Source: Acidobacteriota bacterium
GTDB lineage: Bacteria > Acidobacteriota > UBA6911 > RPQK01 > CBDAPI01
Assembly (NCBI GenBank): GCA_965197285.1
Contig: OZ240092.1
Location: 2,660,280-2,724,279 of the forward strand
Direction of reading: 5' to 3'
Length of the DNA stretch: 64,000 nucleotides
Position numbers and translations under genes: made by a program. Positions 63,459 to 64,000 of the stretch are shown piece by piece; the first letter of the stretch is position 1, and the number at the start of each line of letters is the position of its first letter. The notes beneath the pieces are model-generated. The model ran no database searches. It was not told the DNA's origin and saw only the letters and a program-made list of their open reading frames with translations.

Positions 63459-64000
63459 AAGAAGTGTGAATCTCGAGGAGATCTCCGTCTTGGACAGGTT
63501 CGTGGCGATCGATCATCTGCCCGTTCCGGTCGGGGGATCGCCAGATGCGGGCAAACCGGAAACTGCTGGCAAAATCCCTGTGCACCCGGCTTGCTGCATC
63601 GATGACGGTGGCTCCCTTCTTCAGCAGGTAAGGAGCCGAATCGGCTTCTGCAGGATGCCCGGGCCGTTTGGTATACACCCTGACCACATCCAGCGACCCC
63701 AACAGTCGTCCTCTCAAGTCCTCAACCATTCCCGGCTCTCGGGCCGAAAAAGGGTGGGCGTGCAGGCGATCTTCAAAGAGCTCTTCCCAGATCTTCAGGC
63801 TCCGATCCGCTCCGGGCTGGTCCATCTTGCCGGCCAGGACGAGAAGTTTCGGGCCATCTTCGTTTGGGATCCCCCGGTCAGACAGCAATCTCAGCAGGAA
63901 ATCAGTCTGCTCCAACAGCTCCGGGTCGTTGACATCGAGAACCACGAGAAGGACGTCGCACTTGGCCATCATCCGAAGCAGCCATCCTTCTACTGACGGC
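63457..64000 (-). CDS. Obg/DRG-like GTP-binding protein, C-terminal part with TGS domain (N-terminus beyond window)
   Basis: ...VVRVYTKRPGHPAEADSAPYLLKKGATVIDAASRVHRDFASSFRFARIW...GDLLEI is a TGS-domain C-terminus typical of DRG/Rbg-type GTPases. Confidence 0.65.
   Translation of the reverse strand, partial: PSVEGWLLRMMAKCDVLLVVLDVNDPELLEQTDFLLRLLSDRGIPNEDGPKLLVLAGKMDQPGADRSLKIWEELFEDRLHAHPFSAREPGMVEDLRGRLLGSLDVVRVYTKRPGHPAEADSAPYLLKKGATVIDAASRVHRDFASSFRFARIWRSPDRNGQMIDRHEPVQDGDLLEIHTS

Overview
This 64 kb window is high-GC (about 60%) bacterial chromosome, probably Acidobacteria-like, but that is a guess from gene content. Housekeeping and envelope genes are interleaved with at least nine insertion-sequence copies from six families, so the region is heavily shaped by mobile elements.

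Housekeeping and envelope genes, in order:
- araB (ribulokinase), a sigma-54/GAF regulator, tatA-tatC, a ctpA-like S41 peptidase and a LysM lytic transglycosylase.
- msrA, a wzm/wzt ABC polysaccharide exporter with glycosyltransferases and an O-antigen-ligase-like gene.
- mtnA, tsaD, thiC, an M28 peptidase, folA-thyA with an NtrC-type regulator, and xylB-xylA.

Mobile-element structures:
- An IS110-family transposase gene is split by a complete group II intron. The 5' GUGCG is at 18437 and domains V and VI at 22005-22076. An IS3 element sits inside the intron, inserted at the end of the reverse-transcriptase ORF.
- A 1.65 kb IS1380-like element (ends CCCGG...CCGGG, 4-bp CTAR target duplications) is present in three copies. 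Copy 1 cuts an intact roughly 900-aa SF2 helicase gene in two.
- Copy 3 is invaded by an IS66-like element with an 8-bp target duplication GAAAAAAG and 18-bp inverted repeats. That element lacks tnpA and tnpB but carries a translationally coupled DUF4338-like passenger gene. An IS256-like element is inserted into the passenger gene.
- Two separate IS3 copies and a second IS256 copy are also present.

Likely decayed genes:
- A GT39-like glycosyltransferase is frameshifted at a 7-nt tandem repeat.
- A Spy/CpxP-like gene carries an in-frame TAA in an LTxxQ motif.
- A large secreted repeat-protein gene appears frameshifted.

Repeats and motifs:
- A mosaic intergenic repeat family with three copies.
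- A 17-bp motif at two convergent gene ends.
- A 13-bp palindrome upstream of xylB.

There is no CRISPR array, no rRNA and no confident tRNA. Hand-indexed coordinates carry a ±1 nt uncertainty in places (see rejected items).
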